Positions 1-7,645 of a stretch of DNA of 64,000 bases are shown piece after piece. Below the pieces are notes generated by a model. It saw only the letters and a list, made by a program, of their open reading frames with translations, did no database searches and was not told where the DNA came from. The number at the start of each line of letters is the position of its first letter. Position 1 is the first letter of the stretch. A program made the position numbers and the translations under genes. The stretch spans positions 26,720 to 90,719 of the forward strand of contig JAGVJJ010000042.1 of the NCBI GenBank assembly GCA_020051175.1, written 5' to 3'. The DNA is from Bacteroidia bacterium (GTDB lineage: Bacteria; Bacteroidota; Bacteroidia; 2-12-FULL-35-15).

Positions 1-323
1 CCAGATACCTGTGAAATATAAGCAAGGTTATTTTTAAAATAGCCTTGTCCATCCAGGGTCAATGCCATTAAACCATAGGCATTGGGCATACCTATACAGC
101 TTTCGGGAACGGTTGATGCATGCTCGAGGTGGGTAAAATGAGTATTGCAAAAAGAAACTGCTTCGAGCACCCCTTGAGGGATTTCAGGGTATTCTTCATA
201 TACCTTGCTGAAAAGCTGGGAATAGTTATTAGGGACAGCAGGGTCCTGAGAGCCGGACTGAGCTGTAGAATAGCCAAGGCCAAGAAGCGATGCAAATGCA
301 GAAATGAGTAGCTTTTTTTTCAT
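1..323 (-). CDS. Partial CDS (first 107 codons; the rest lies beyond the window edge): secreted protein, possibly SLT/lytic-transglycosylase-like
   Basis: Missing from the ORF track because it runs off the edge. My reverse-complement translation from ATG 323..321 stays open to nt 1: MKKKLLISAFASLLGLGYSTAQSGSQDPAVPNNYSQLFSKVYEEYPEIPQGVLEAVSFCNTHFTHLEHASTVPESCIGMPNAYGLMALTLDGQGYFKNNLAYISQVS. The N-terminus is signal-peptide-like. E..S...NAYGLMAL only loosely recalls SLT motifs. Confidence 0.6.
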   Translation of the reverse strand, partial: MKKKLLISAFASLLGLGYSTAQSGSQDPAVPNNYSQLFSKVYEEYPEIPQGVLEAVSFCNTHFTHLEHASTVPESCIGMPNAYGLMALTLDGQGYFKNNLAYISQVS

Positions 324-651
324 ATTATAATCGGATAGTTTTTGTTTTAATGCTTATTCAGTATAAAACTGAGGGTTATTATTTGCAATAATTTGTGTTT
401 CGTAATCTTTGATCTGAGTAAAGATAAATTATTCATTCATAAATGTCAAATTTATGACGAAGTAACTTATAAACAATATGTTAGGAGCTAGTATTGAATT
501 ATATACGTTTTTAGCAGAGCTTCAGATTTCTTAAGATTCGATTTTCATTTACTGGTTCAGATTATTTCCTGAAACCTGACAACTTTTGGCTAAAATGTGA
601 AAGAACAAAATGTCTTTCGAGGCGGTATTTTTGCATTTCACCTATATTTGT

Positions 652-2646
652 ATGATGAAATGGTTTTCTAACCTTTTACTTGTTTGCAGCATTTCTCTGC
701 TCGCACTTACAGGTTGCCAGCAAGCTAGCCAGGAACCGTCATTCTACCTTAACTCCAAACCCTGTGTGCGCTGGTGGTGGTTTGCTACGGAAATAAAAAA
801 GCCGGATGTAAAATACCAGCTCGACTGGCTGAAACAGAACAATTTTGGAGGTGTAGAGATTGCCTGGGTATACCCGTTATACCGCTACCAGAAGATGTAT
901 GAAAAAAATTATAACAGGCATTATCCAAAGGATACTTCTGCACAAAAATGGCTCAGTGAAGAATGGTCGGAAATAGTGGCTTATACCAAACAATATGCTG
1001 ATTCCATTGGCCTAGGCTGTGATTTCACTTTTGGCAGTGCATGGCCGGTAGCAGGCAGCAATATTGATAAATTCCATGCTACGCAAATATACGGAGACAC
1101 GGCTTTCCGGCAGCTGCTAACGTTTGCCTGGACATGGCCCGATACACAAATGGTCATCAACCACCTGGACAGCAATGCCTTTTACCGTTTTGCTGACCCT
1201 GTTGGCCGGGCATTGGCAAAACCGCTGAAAGGCAATAAATCAGCATTATTTACAGATTCCTGGGAAATAAAGCTGAATAGTGCCAACAAAATCTGGACAA
1301 CAGGGTTTGAAAAAACATTCTTAAAAGAATTTGGCTATGACATCATTCCATATATGAATGCAGGGCTGGACTCCTTCCCTGACGTGCGCTATGATTACAT
1401 GCTTCACCTGGACGGTTATGTGACCAATGGATTTTATAAACCTTACGTACAAAAGTGCAAAGAGCTGGGTGCATGGTCACGTGTGCAGTGCCTGGCAGCC
1501 CCTACAGATGTAATGACCACCTATTCCCTTGTTGATATACCCGAAACAGAAGCTATGCTGAACAACCCTAACTTTTCGCGCATTGTGAGTTCATCGGCAT
1601 GTCTTTCCTCCAAAAAGCTTGTTTCCAGCGAAACATTTACCTGCATGTACGGCTTCCCTGCTACCTACCTTCGCAAAGAACAAACAGCCGACCTGAAAAT
1701 GGTTGCTGATGCATTGTTTGCCCAGGGCGTGAACCATCATTTTTACCACGGTATGCCCTATAACCCAAAAGGATCAGACACCATCGATTTCTTTGCCACC
1801 ACGTATTTTGGTCCGGGCGGAAGCCTGACACCCGAACTTCCGGCCTTCAATGCCTATATGGAGAAGGTATCCGGAGTTTTACAAAAGGGAAAAACATACA
1901 GTGATGTGGCGGTTTATGTCCCTTATGAAGATGCAGTGATGAAGGGTGCCTACCCCAAAGAACGTCAACGGGTGTGGGTTTGGGGAGAATATGAACTAAG
2001 GTATGTGCATCCTCCGGATGAAACTAAAAATTATCACCCTTTGTGGATAAACAGACATTTCCTGGAAAAGGCGGAATTCAAGAATGGGAAATTGAATGTT
2101 GGGGATGCGCAATTTTCTATTTTATACATTGATGTAGAGTATATGGATATCCGGGCTCTTCAGCGGGTAGTTGAACTGGCAAAAAAAGGCTTGCCCGTGT
2201 GTTTGAAACGTTTACCCAAACAACCAGGAAAAACAAAATCCGGAAACTATACAGGACTGTGCGAGGCGTTGGCATCCCTACCCAATGTTTCCAATGAGTT
2301 TAAGAAAGTGGCTGCAAAGCCTCCGCTTATTGAAGGCGACACCATACCAGACTACTGGTGCAGAGTTGAAAAAGATGGTACTCATTATGTTTTCCTGGCG
2401 CAACCGCTTTCGCAGGATTTAAAGTACCCGGTGTATTCGGGCCAGTCGTATATGGAAAATCCTGTTTTCAGGGAACTAACCTTTCATGTTAATGGAAAAA
2501 GCACAAAACAGGCAATTGAGTTTAAACCCTACCAGTCGGTAATGCTTAAAATAAGCCCGGATGGAACAATAGCGTTTATAGACATTGCGTTTGTTCCTAA
2601 AAAACCTGTTGTAAGGCCGCGGGAAGAGCAGAAAATGTATTTCTGA
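652..2646 (+). CDS. Lipoprotein, putative glycoside hydrolase (family uncertain, GH106-like or 'glycosyl hydrolase' type)
   Basis: ORF 610..2646. Tandem ATGs at 652/655 give MMKWFSNLLLVCSISLLALTGCQQ (lipobox Cys). The motifs CVRWWWF and NFGGVEIAWVYP resemble Bacteroidota glycosyl-hydrolase-annotated proteins. Family recalled from memory only. Confidence 0.6.
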   Translation: MMKWFSNLLLVCSISLLALTGCQQASQEPSFYLNSKPCVRWWWFATEIKKPDVKYQLDWLKQNNFGGVEIAWVYPLYRYQKMYEKNYNRHYPKDTSAQKWLSEEWSEIVAYTKQYADSIGLGCDFTFGSAWPVAGSNIDKFHATQIYGDTAFRQLLTFAWTWPDTQMVINHLDSNAFYRFADPVGRALAKPLKGNKSALFTDSWEIKLNSANKIWTTGFEKTFLKEFGYDIIPYMNAGLDSFPDVRYDYMLHLDGYVTNGFYKPYVQKCKELGAWSRVQCLAAPTDVMTTYSLVDIPETEAMLNNPNFSRIVSSSACLSSKKLVSSETFTCMYGFPATYLRKEQTADLKMVADALFAQGVNHHFYHGMPYNPKGSDTIDFFATTYFGPGGSLTPELPAFNAYMEKVSGVLQKGKTYSDVAVYVPYEDAVMKGAYPKERQRVWVWGEYELRYVHPPDETKNYHPLWINRHFLEKAEFKNGKLNVGDAQFSILYIDVEYMDIRALQRVVELAKKGLPVCLKRLPKQPGKTKSGNYTGLCEALASLPNVSNEFKKVAAKPPLIEGDTIPDYWCRVEKDGTHYVFLAQPLSQDLKYPVYSGQSYMENPVFRELTFHVNGKSTKQAIEFKPYQSVMLKISPDGTIAFIDIAFVPKKPVVRPREEQKMYF

Positions 2647-2723
2647 GGATGTTTTGTCGGGTGGGACACCCCGGTAATAGGAGACGCAAGCGGGACGCTT
2701 CCGTATGCGGGGCTGCCACTGTT

Positions 2724-5093
2724 CTAAAAGAGCGAACGAACTACTATTGCCGTGCGGTATATTTTATCAGTGGCAGATAGCTCTATCGAATAAATTCCTG
2801 ATGGAATCATATTTTCAGGCCCTGTAAACATCTGAATAGAATGACTGTTATGCAGGATATCCAGTGTTTTTGAAAAAACCAACTCCCCCAGAGTATTATA
2901 TATCCGAATATGGTTGCATGCCACAAGCCCCATTATTTCAACCGTAAAAGTCCCATTATTTGGATTTGGATAAATGACTGGCATCCATGTTCTTTCTTTT
3001 GCACCAATACCATTTGTACTTGTATAATTATATAGGGAGGAGGTAGCGCTGCAACCATTTGCATCTGTAATCAAAATACTGTAATTACCGCTTTGAACAG
3101 GTGAGTAGTTTTGCGAAGTAGCTCCAGGTATACTATCCCCGTTCAAAAACCACTGATAAGTGGATGCTGTTGTTGATAACAAATCACTTCCGTTCAGAGT
3201 AATGACCGGTGCAGGTGGTAAAAGATTCACTGTTACCACCGTTGCAGAAGAGCTTGCTGAGCAGTTATTGTTATCTGTTACTGTTACCGAATAACTCCCA
3301 CCACTATTTGCTGTAAAGGTTTGTGCAGTGGCACCGGTGTTCCAGGAATAGCTTGCATAGCCCGCACCAGCATCCAGTATTACACTTCCCCCCTGACAAA
3401 ATGTGGTACTTCCGTTTGGAGTGATTACAGGGGCAGCCGGGGCGGCTGAAATGGTAAAACTGCTGCCGATGGTATGTGTATTTCCGTTCCAGATACGCCA
3501 ATAGTATGTTGTATTGGGCTGAAAGCTTAAGGTGCCGGGAGAACAAGGTGCAAAGGCAATATCACAGGCAAAGCCTGCAGGGCCACTAGTAGTTGTTTGG
3601 CCTGAAACATTTTTATTATAATAAAAACTGAAATTAGGGTCAGTAGTTACATCTACTGACCAGCCGCTACCGGAGTTGGTCCAGCTGAAATTTACGTTGC
3701 CGTTGCAATCTGTACTCGCGGAAAGATTGGTGGGTGTAACACATGGCTGAACAGTAAATGTTCCACCAAAGGTATGGACAGCATTGTTCCACATTCGCCA
3801 GTAGTAAGTGGTGTTGGGCTGGAATGTAATTGCAGGATTAAAACCTGATGGTCCACTGATAGAAGTTACATTGGAAACACTGATATTGGAATAGCTGGCA
3901 AAACCAGCATCTGTAGAAACGTCCAAAAACCAACCATTTCCCGAGTTCTCCCAATTAAAACTAACTGTACCCACACAACTTGTAACCGACTGAAGATTAA
4001 CTGGATAGCAACTAACCTGGTTTTTAAAAGCATCAAAAGATAATTTACGTTCCGAAGGTATAAAGCTACCCAGCTGATATAATCCCCAGCTGGCTCCGGG
4101 CCAGTCGGTAAGGCTGAACCAGGTTGCAAGTGCAATACGCGAATCATTTTTTAGGAGATTAAAGCCCGTTGTAAGATTATCTGCCTGTCCCTGAAAACCA
4201 ACGGCATTAGACTCCCAACCAAATTCTGACACCCATATTTTTTTATTGGTTGTACCTTCATAGCTTGCTATGCTGTTCCAGAATGCATTAATATTGGTAT
4301 TCATGGCAGCACTAACCTGTGAAGGATCTGATGTACCCTGAGCCGCGTAGATATGCATCCCGAAGCCATCCAGCGGATAAGTACCTTTATTTGCCAGAAT
4401 CCAGCTCCATGCAAAATCATTGATACCGTGACTGTATGTAGAACCGATGTAGGATGCTCCATCATCAAGCGCATGTGTAAAAATAGGCCCTGAAACTAAA
4501 TTAACCTGCCAGCTAGGATCGGTATCATGGCCGTTATAGTATTTCGTTTCCATATAAATTTCCTGAAGAATTTTGGCAAACCATTTCGGGTGTACGACAC
4601 TTACCCCATTATTCCAGTTATTGGGCTCGTTAAAAGATTCAAACGTTGTAATCCGATCTTTAAAATGCCCTACAATATCCACAAAATTAGTTACATAACC
4701 AGCTATCCAGGCATCTGTAGCAGCCTGATCATTGCTGGGATCAAATTTCAGCACATCACCCACATGCCCTGCAGCCTGATCGCTGATAAGAGCGTATACC
4801 TGAATGCCCTGAGCCAGGAAACCGTTTACTATTTCATCATAGGTTTGCTTCCATGTTTTGCCACTGTGAAGAGTTTGGTCTGATGGTGATGACCAGGGGC
4901 CTAAAATAAAGTTCAGCCTCACCCATGGCGTGCACGTAGTAGCGACTACCGCTGCAGTGGCATTAGATGCGATAGCACCTGTAATGTTATCAATGGGTTG
5001 GTTGCAATCTAAACCAAGTGCTGGCTGGGCATGACCTGTTTTTAACAGACAGATGCAGAATAGGCTAAGAATAAGAGTATTAATCTGGTTCAT
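2724..5093 (-). CDS. T9SS-secreted multidomain glycoside hydrolase (clan GH-A, GH5-like) with repeat and Ig-like domains
   Basis: The track start at 5114 is TTG. The first ATG (5093) gives the signal peptide MNQINTLILSLFCICLLKTGHAQ. FESFNEPNN (NEP acid/base) and WVSEFGW (nucleophile Glu) are clan GH-A signatures. Two Trp-rich repeats (TYYWRMWN, TYYWRIWN) and two Ig-like repeats (FCQGGSV.., YQWFLNG) follow. C-terminal T9SS sorting domain: IYPNPNNGTFTVE...GIYSIEL. Confidence 0.8.
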   Translation of the reverse strand: MNQINTLILSLFCICLLKTGHAQPALGLDCNQPIDNITGAIASNATAAVVATTCTPWVRLNFILGPWSSPSDQTLHSGKTWKQTYDEIVNGFLAQGIQVYALISDQAAGHVGDVLKFDPSNDQAATDAWIAGYVTNFVDIVGHFKDRITTFESFNEPNNWNNGVSVVHPKWFAKILQEIYMETKYYNGHDTDPSWQVNLVSGPIFTHALDDGASYIGSTYSHGINDFAWSWILANKGTYPLDGFGMHIYAAQGTSDPSQVSAAMNTNINAFWNSIASYEGTTNKKIWVSEFGWESNAVGFQGQADNLTTGFNLLKNDSRIALATWFSLTDWPGASWGLYQLGSFIPSERKLSFDAFKNQVSCYPVNLQSVTSCVGTVSFNWENSGNGWFLDVSTDAGFASYSNISVSNVTSISGPSGFNPAITFQPNTTYYWRMWNNAVHTFGGTFTVQPCVTPTNLSASTDCNGNVNFSWTNSGSGWSVDVTTDPNFSFYYNKNVSGQTTTSGPAGFACDIAFAPCSPGTLSFQPNTTYYWRIWNGNTHTIGSSFTISAAPAAPVITPNGSTTFCQGGSVILDAGAGYASYSWNTGATAQTFTANSGGSYSVTVTDNNNCSASSSATVVTVNLLPPAPVITLNGSDLLSTTASTYQWFLNGDSIPGATSQNYSPVQSGNYSILITDANGCSATSSLYNYTSTNGIGAKERTWMPVIYPNPNNGTFTVEIMGLVACNHIRIYNTLGELVFSKTLDILHNSHSIQMFTGPENMIPSGIYSIELSATDKIYRTAIVVRSLF

Positions 5094-5139
5094 ATTCTGT
5101 GAGATGTATAACAAATAAAACTCTTATCTGTTAAAAATG

Positions 5140-5147
5140 CAAATTTA
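5140..5147 (-). promoter_or_regulatory. Bacteroidota -7 promoter box (TAAATTTG on the minus strand)
   Basis: Plus-strand caaattta is TAAATTTG on the minus strand and matches TAnnTTTG. It lies 26-47 nt upstream of the candidate starts of the GH5-like gene. Confidence 0.4.
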
Positions 5148-5259
5148 TATTAAATAAAACATCATTTGTCGCAAAAAAACAGCTAACTGTAAGTCAGCTC
5201 AAGAAATTATCTGTATTCCGTAATACTCACTCTCAAAAATATAACTTATTGTATATGTC

Positions 5260-5297
5260 CAGATTCACAGATACCGGATAATAAATCTGTGAATCTG
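5260..5297. promoter_or_regulatory. Perfect 13-bp inverted repeat CAGATTCACAGAT-N12-ATCTGTGAATCTG (candidate operator or hairpin)
   Basis: Read directly: left arm 5260-5272, right arm 5285-5297, in the divergent promoter region 48 nt upstream of ATG 5345. The same 13-mer recurs at 6155-6167. Confidence 0.5.
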
Positions 5298-5344
5298 TAG
5301 CTAATTTCCTAATATTGCTCTCTGTCAGCTTTTAATCTGCACGT

Positions 5345-6136
5345 ATGTATAAAAATCCTTTTCAAAAACCGGGTGATATTATACAGGAAAACCACTTTCT
5401 GTATGTGCGCGTCATTGCTTTCGTTTGTTTCTTTGGACACGGGCTGGTTTCACTGGATATAAGCCCTGGTTATCAATTACATTACAATATCTTTTCAGCA
5501 GTCAACTTTTTTGGGCTGGATGCACATTTTTTTCTAAGATTGCTGGCTGCATTTGATATCTGTATGGCTTTTCTTTTTTTATTCAATGTAAAATTGGTCT
5601 ATATCATACCGGTTATTCTTTCTTACCTTTTTATGGTGGGACTTGCAGGCGGTATTTTTTACATGAAAAAAACGGGAGGCTTTTTTGGTATATCTGAATT
5701 TTTCAGACGGCTTCCCTGGATGTTTACTGTGCTTTTTGTTTGGTTTAAGTTAAAAAAAGAAAAGGACTATTTCTTTTTGCTCCGTACAGGACTAGCTTTT
5801 GCGTTTATTGCTCATGGCCTTTCATCGCTTGAATTTCTTGGCTTGCGGGGTGGGCATATTGAGCTGGCTTCTCAAATCATGACTTCAGATTCTGCTACCA
5901 AATTTGTGTACTGCAGTGGCTTTTCGGATACAGTTATAGGGCTGTTGCTAATTACCGGTCTTTTCTCACGCTGGGCCGCGGCTATAGGATGCCTCTGGCT
6001 GGTTTTTATTGTCTACCTGTCGTTTCTCACGGGATTGCCAGAAGGCATATTCAGAACAGGTTTTTTATTGATCTGTCTTTATGTTGCAGTTGATAAACGT
6101 TGTCATCAATGGAAAAATTCAGGAAAAAGCATCTGA
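5345..6136 (+). CDS. Polytopic inner-membrane protein, function unknown
   Basis: 263-aa ORF with an ATG start and about 8 hydrophobic segments (FVCFFGHGLVSL, LAAFDICMAFLFLF, IIPVILSYLFMVGLAGGIF, and others). No motif I recognise. Confidence 0.7.
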   Translation: MYKNPFQKPGDIIQENHFLYVRVIAFVCFFGHGLVSLDISPGYQLHYNIFSAVNFFGLDAHFFLRLLAAFDICMAFLFLFNVKLVYIIPVILSYLFMVGLAGGIFYMKKTGGFFGISEFFRRLPWMFTVLFVWFKLKKEKDYFFLLRTGLAFAFIAHGLSSLEFLGLRGGHIELASQIMTSDSATKFVYCSGFSDTVIGLLLITGLFSRWAAAIGCLWLVFIVYLSFLTGLPEGIFRTGFLLICLYVAVDKRCHQWKNSGKSI

Positions 6137-6152
6137 AAGAGATTGTTTCAGC

Positions 6153-6168
6153 CACAGATTCACAGATT
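6153..6168. repeat. Tandem octamer CACAGATT x2 just after a stop codon (contains the 13-mer of the 5260 inverted repeat)
   Basis: cacagattcacagatt lies 17 nt after the TGA at 6134-6136. Confidence 0.6.
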
Positions 6169-6196
6169 ATAGAATCGAAAACAGGTAACTGAAATT

Positions 6197-6469
6197 TTAT
6201 TTTTTTAGCACATCAGGTAAATTTTCTTTTGTGAGCTCACCTTTACCGATTTTCAATAAAAACACATTTTTACCGGTCATTAAATCTTCGTGCATTTCTT
6301 TTCGGAGTGCCTCCATCAGCACATCGTATTCTCCAAAAAGCTGGGTACTTAGCCCATTCACTTCGGCCCGGATACCAGGATACTTTTTTACACGCTGTAT
6401 AAAACCAATAATCTTATTGGCATAATCATCAGTAAGAGCGTACATACTTATTTCTATGGTTGCGAGCAT
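6197..6469 (-). CDS. Small conserved protein, tentatively YkoF/MTH1187-like (ACT-fold, thiamine/HMP-binding family)
   Basis: 90-aa ORF with an ATG start. IEISMYALTDDYANKIIGFIQRV...T.LFGEYDVLMEAL resembles the YkoF-type pattern. Weak, memory-based assignment. Confidence 0.5.
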   Translation of the reverse strand: MLATIEISMYALTDDYANKIIGFIQRVKKYPGIRAEVNGLSTQLFGEYDVLMEALRKEMHEDLMTGKNVFLLKIGKGELTKENLPDVLKK

Positions 6470-6477
6470 ATGAAGAG

Positions 6478-6667
6478 GGTTATTGGGTATTGGGTGTTAT
6501 TGGGTTATTGGTTATTGGTTATTGGTTATTGGTTATTGGTTATTGGGTTATTGGGTTATTGATTTATTAATTATTAAGTTTTGGTACCTTAGTTAACTGC
6601 TAACTTAATAATCAACAGCGTTAACTGTTAACCAATAACTAATAACTGTTAACTAATAACTGATAAC
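6478..6667. repeat. Heptamer-word imperfect palindrome: (TTATTGG)n left arm, (AACTAAT/ACCAATA)n right arm
   Basis: About a dozen tandem TTATTGG-type heptamers occupy 6478-6578, the centre is near GGTACC at 6583-6588, and about ten complementary-type heptamers occupy 6591-6667. The last word overlaps the cyclophilin stop codon. Contains no ORF. A twin lies at 46026-46175. Confidence 0.85.
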
Positions 6668-7314
6668 TACTTATTTAGTTCCGCAAATACTTTCGCAGCT
6701 TTAAATTTCTTTGCTGCCCGGCCTTTGCGGATAATTTTAACTTTAACAATTGTATCGCCTTGCTGAATCGAATCCACAACATCCTGTCCGGTTATAACAT
6801 GACCAAAAATGGTATGCTTCATGTTTAACCATGGAGTAGCTACGTGAGTAATAAAAAACTGGCTGCCATTGGTTCTTGGACCGGCATTTGCCATTGCTAA
6901 AATACCAGGGCCGGTGAATTGCATGTCGCTAAAGCATTCATCTTTAAAAGCATATCCTGGTCCGCCCATACCAGTTCCCTGTGGGTCACCACCCTGGATC
7001 ATAAATTTAGGAATAACCCGATGAAATTTTAAACCATCGTAAAATGGAGTACCTTCCGGTTTTGCACTGTTTTTAATTTTTCCTTCGGCCAAACCCACAA
7101 AATTGGCAACTGTTAAAGGTGTTTTTTCCATCTCCAGCTTTACCAATATTTTACCCCGGCTGGTTTCTATTTCGGCATACAGGCCCTTTTCCAGCTTGGG
7201 CTTTTTTTCTTTAACAAGTATTACCGGCTTTGTGGTTACATGAAGCGGGTTACCAGCATAGGTGGTAAGATTAACAAATAAAAAGAGGCTTAAAACAAAC
7301 AGTATTCTTTTCAT
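6667..7314 (-). CDS. Peptidyl-prolyl cis-trans isomerase, cyclophilin type, secreted/periplasmic
   Basis: FHRVIPKFMIQGGDPQGTGMGGPGY.FKDE, LAMANAGPRTNGSQFFITHV and HTIFGHV are canonical cyclophilin motifs. Signal peptide: MKRILFVLSLFLFVNLTTYA. Confidence 0.95.
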   Translation of the reverse strand: MKRILFVLSLFLFVNLTTYAGNPLHVTTKPVILVKEKKPKLEKGLYAEIETSRGKILVKLEMEKTPLTVANFVGLAEGKIKNSAKPEGTPFYDGLKFHRVIPKFMIQGGDPQGTGMGGPGYAFKDECFSDMQFTGPGILAMANAGPRTNGSQFFITHVATPWLNMKHTIFGHVITGQDVVDSIQQGDTIVKVKIIRKGRAAKKFKAAKVFAELNK

Positions 7315-7325
7315 AATTGTAATTT

Positions 7326-7472
7326 TTAGTGATTTTTATTATTCTTTTTTGCAGCTTCCATCAGCGCACATTTGCTGCAGGCCTGTTTTTTTCTGATGCT
7401 GGCGTATGTGCGGTAAACAACATAAGAGCAAGCCAGTGCCAGGAATGTATATGTAATTATATTTTGAATCAT
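7326..7472 (-). CDS. 48-aa small membrane protein, FeoB-associated Cys-rich-like (not in the ORF track)
   Basis: Manual translation: MIQNIITYTFLALACSYVVYRTYASIRKKQACSKCALMEAAKKNNKNH*. It has one TM helix, a basic stretch and a C..C pair. ATG at 7472, TAA at 7326-7328. It fits the gap better than the overlapping 98-aa plus-strand ORF. Confidence 0.45.
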   Translation of the reverse strand: MIQNIITYTFLALACSYVVYRTYASIRKKQACSKCALMEAAKKNNKNH

Positions 7473-7493
7473 GGTAAAAGGTGTTTCATCCCC

Positions 7494-7560
7494 TGGTCTT
7501 CGACAAGCTTAGTTCCGATAACTATCGGAAGACCTACCCACATTCAAAAGCTTTTGTGGG
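7494..7560. repeat. Double-hairpin intergenic element; its first ~40 nt recur at 10508-10549
   Basis: Hairpin 1 is ggtcttcgacaagcttagTTCCGATAacTATCGGAAgacc. Hairpin 2 is tacCCACAttcaaaagcttTTGTGGgt. GTCTTCGA-N7/8-AGTTCCGATA.CTAT is shared with the nth/TonB-receptor spacer. Confidence 0.6.
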
Positions 7561-7645
7561 TCATCAAAATTAAGAAAAATATTTCCGTCAGCGGCTGGTT
7601 TATTTTTAATAATTTTACTGTCTGACAAAGCCATTACATTCTACT

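Noticed and set aside
2658-2700. Two mini-hairpins with identical GGA loops (gggtgGGAcaccc, aagcgGGAcgctt) between convergent genes
   Set aside because: The stems are only 5 bp with no U-run. They are too weak to call terminators or a motif, and are noted only as a curiosity.
6478-6667. Heptamer arrays (here and at 13593, 46026) as possible CRISPR arrays
   Set aside because: The repeat unit is 7-8 nt with no unique spacers between copies, and no cas genes are present. The architecture is tandem word plus inverted word, not repeat-spacer.
7518-7540. ATCGGAAGACCTACCC resembling the cobalamin-riboswitch B12 box, and a possible riboswitch in the 390-nt spacer before the TonB receptor (10375-10767)
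   Set aside because: The other conserved cobalamin-riboswitch elements (GCCACTG, the GGTGAAA-type junction) are not present in either region. The resemblance is limited to about 12 nt. No TPP or other riboswitch signatures were seen either.
7329-7625. 98-aa plus-strand ORF in the cyclophilin/E1 spacer
   Set aside because: It has no recognisable features, and it overlaps the more plausible 48-codon minus-strand ORF and the hairpin element at 7494-7560.
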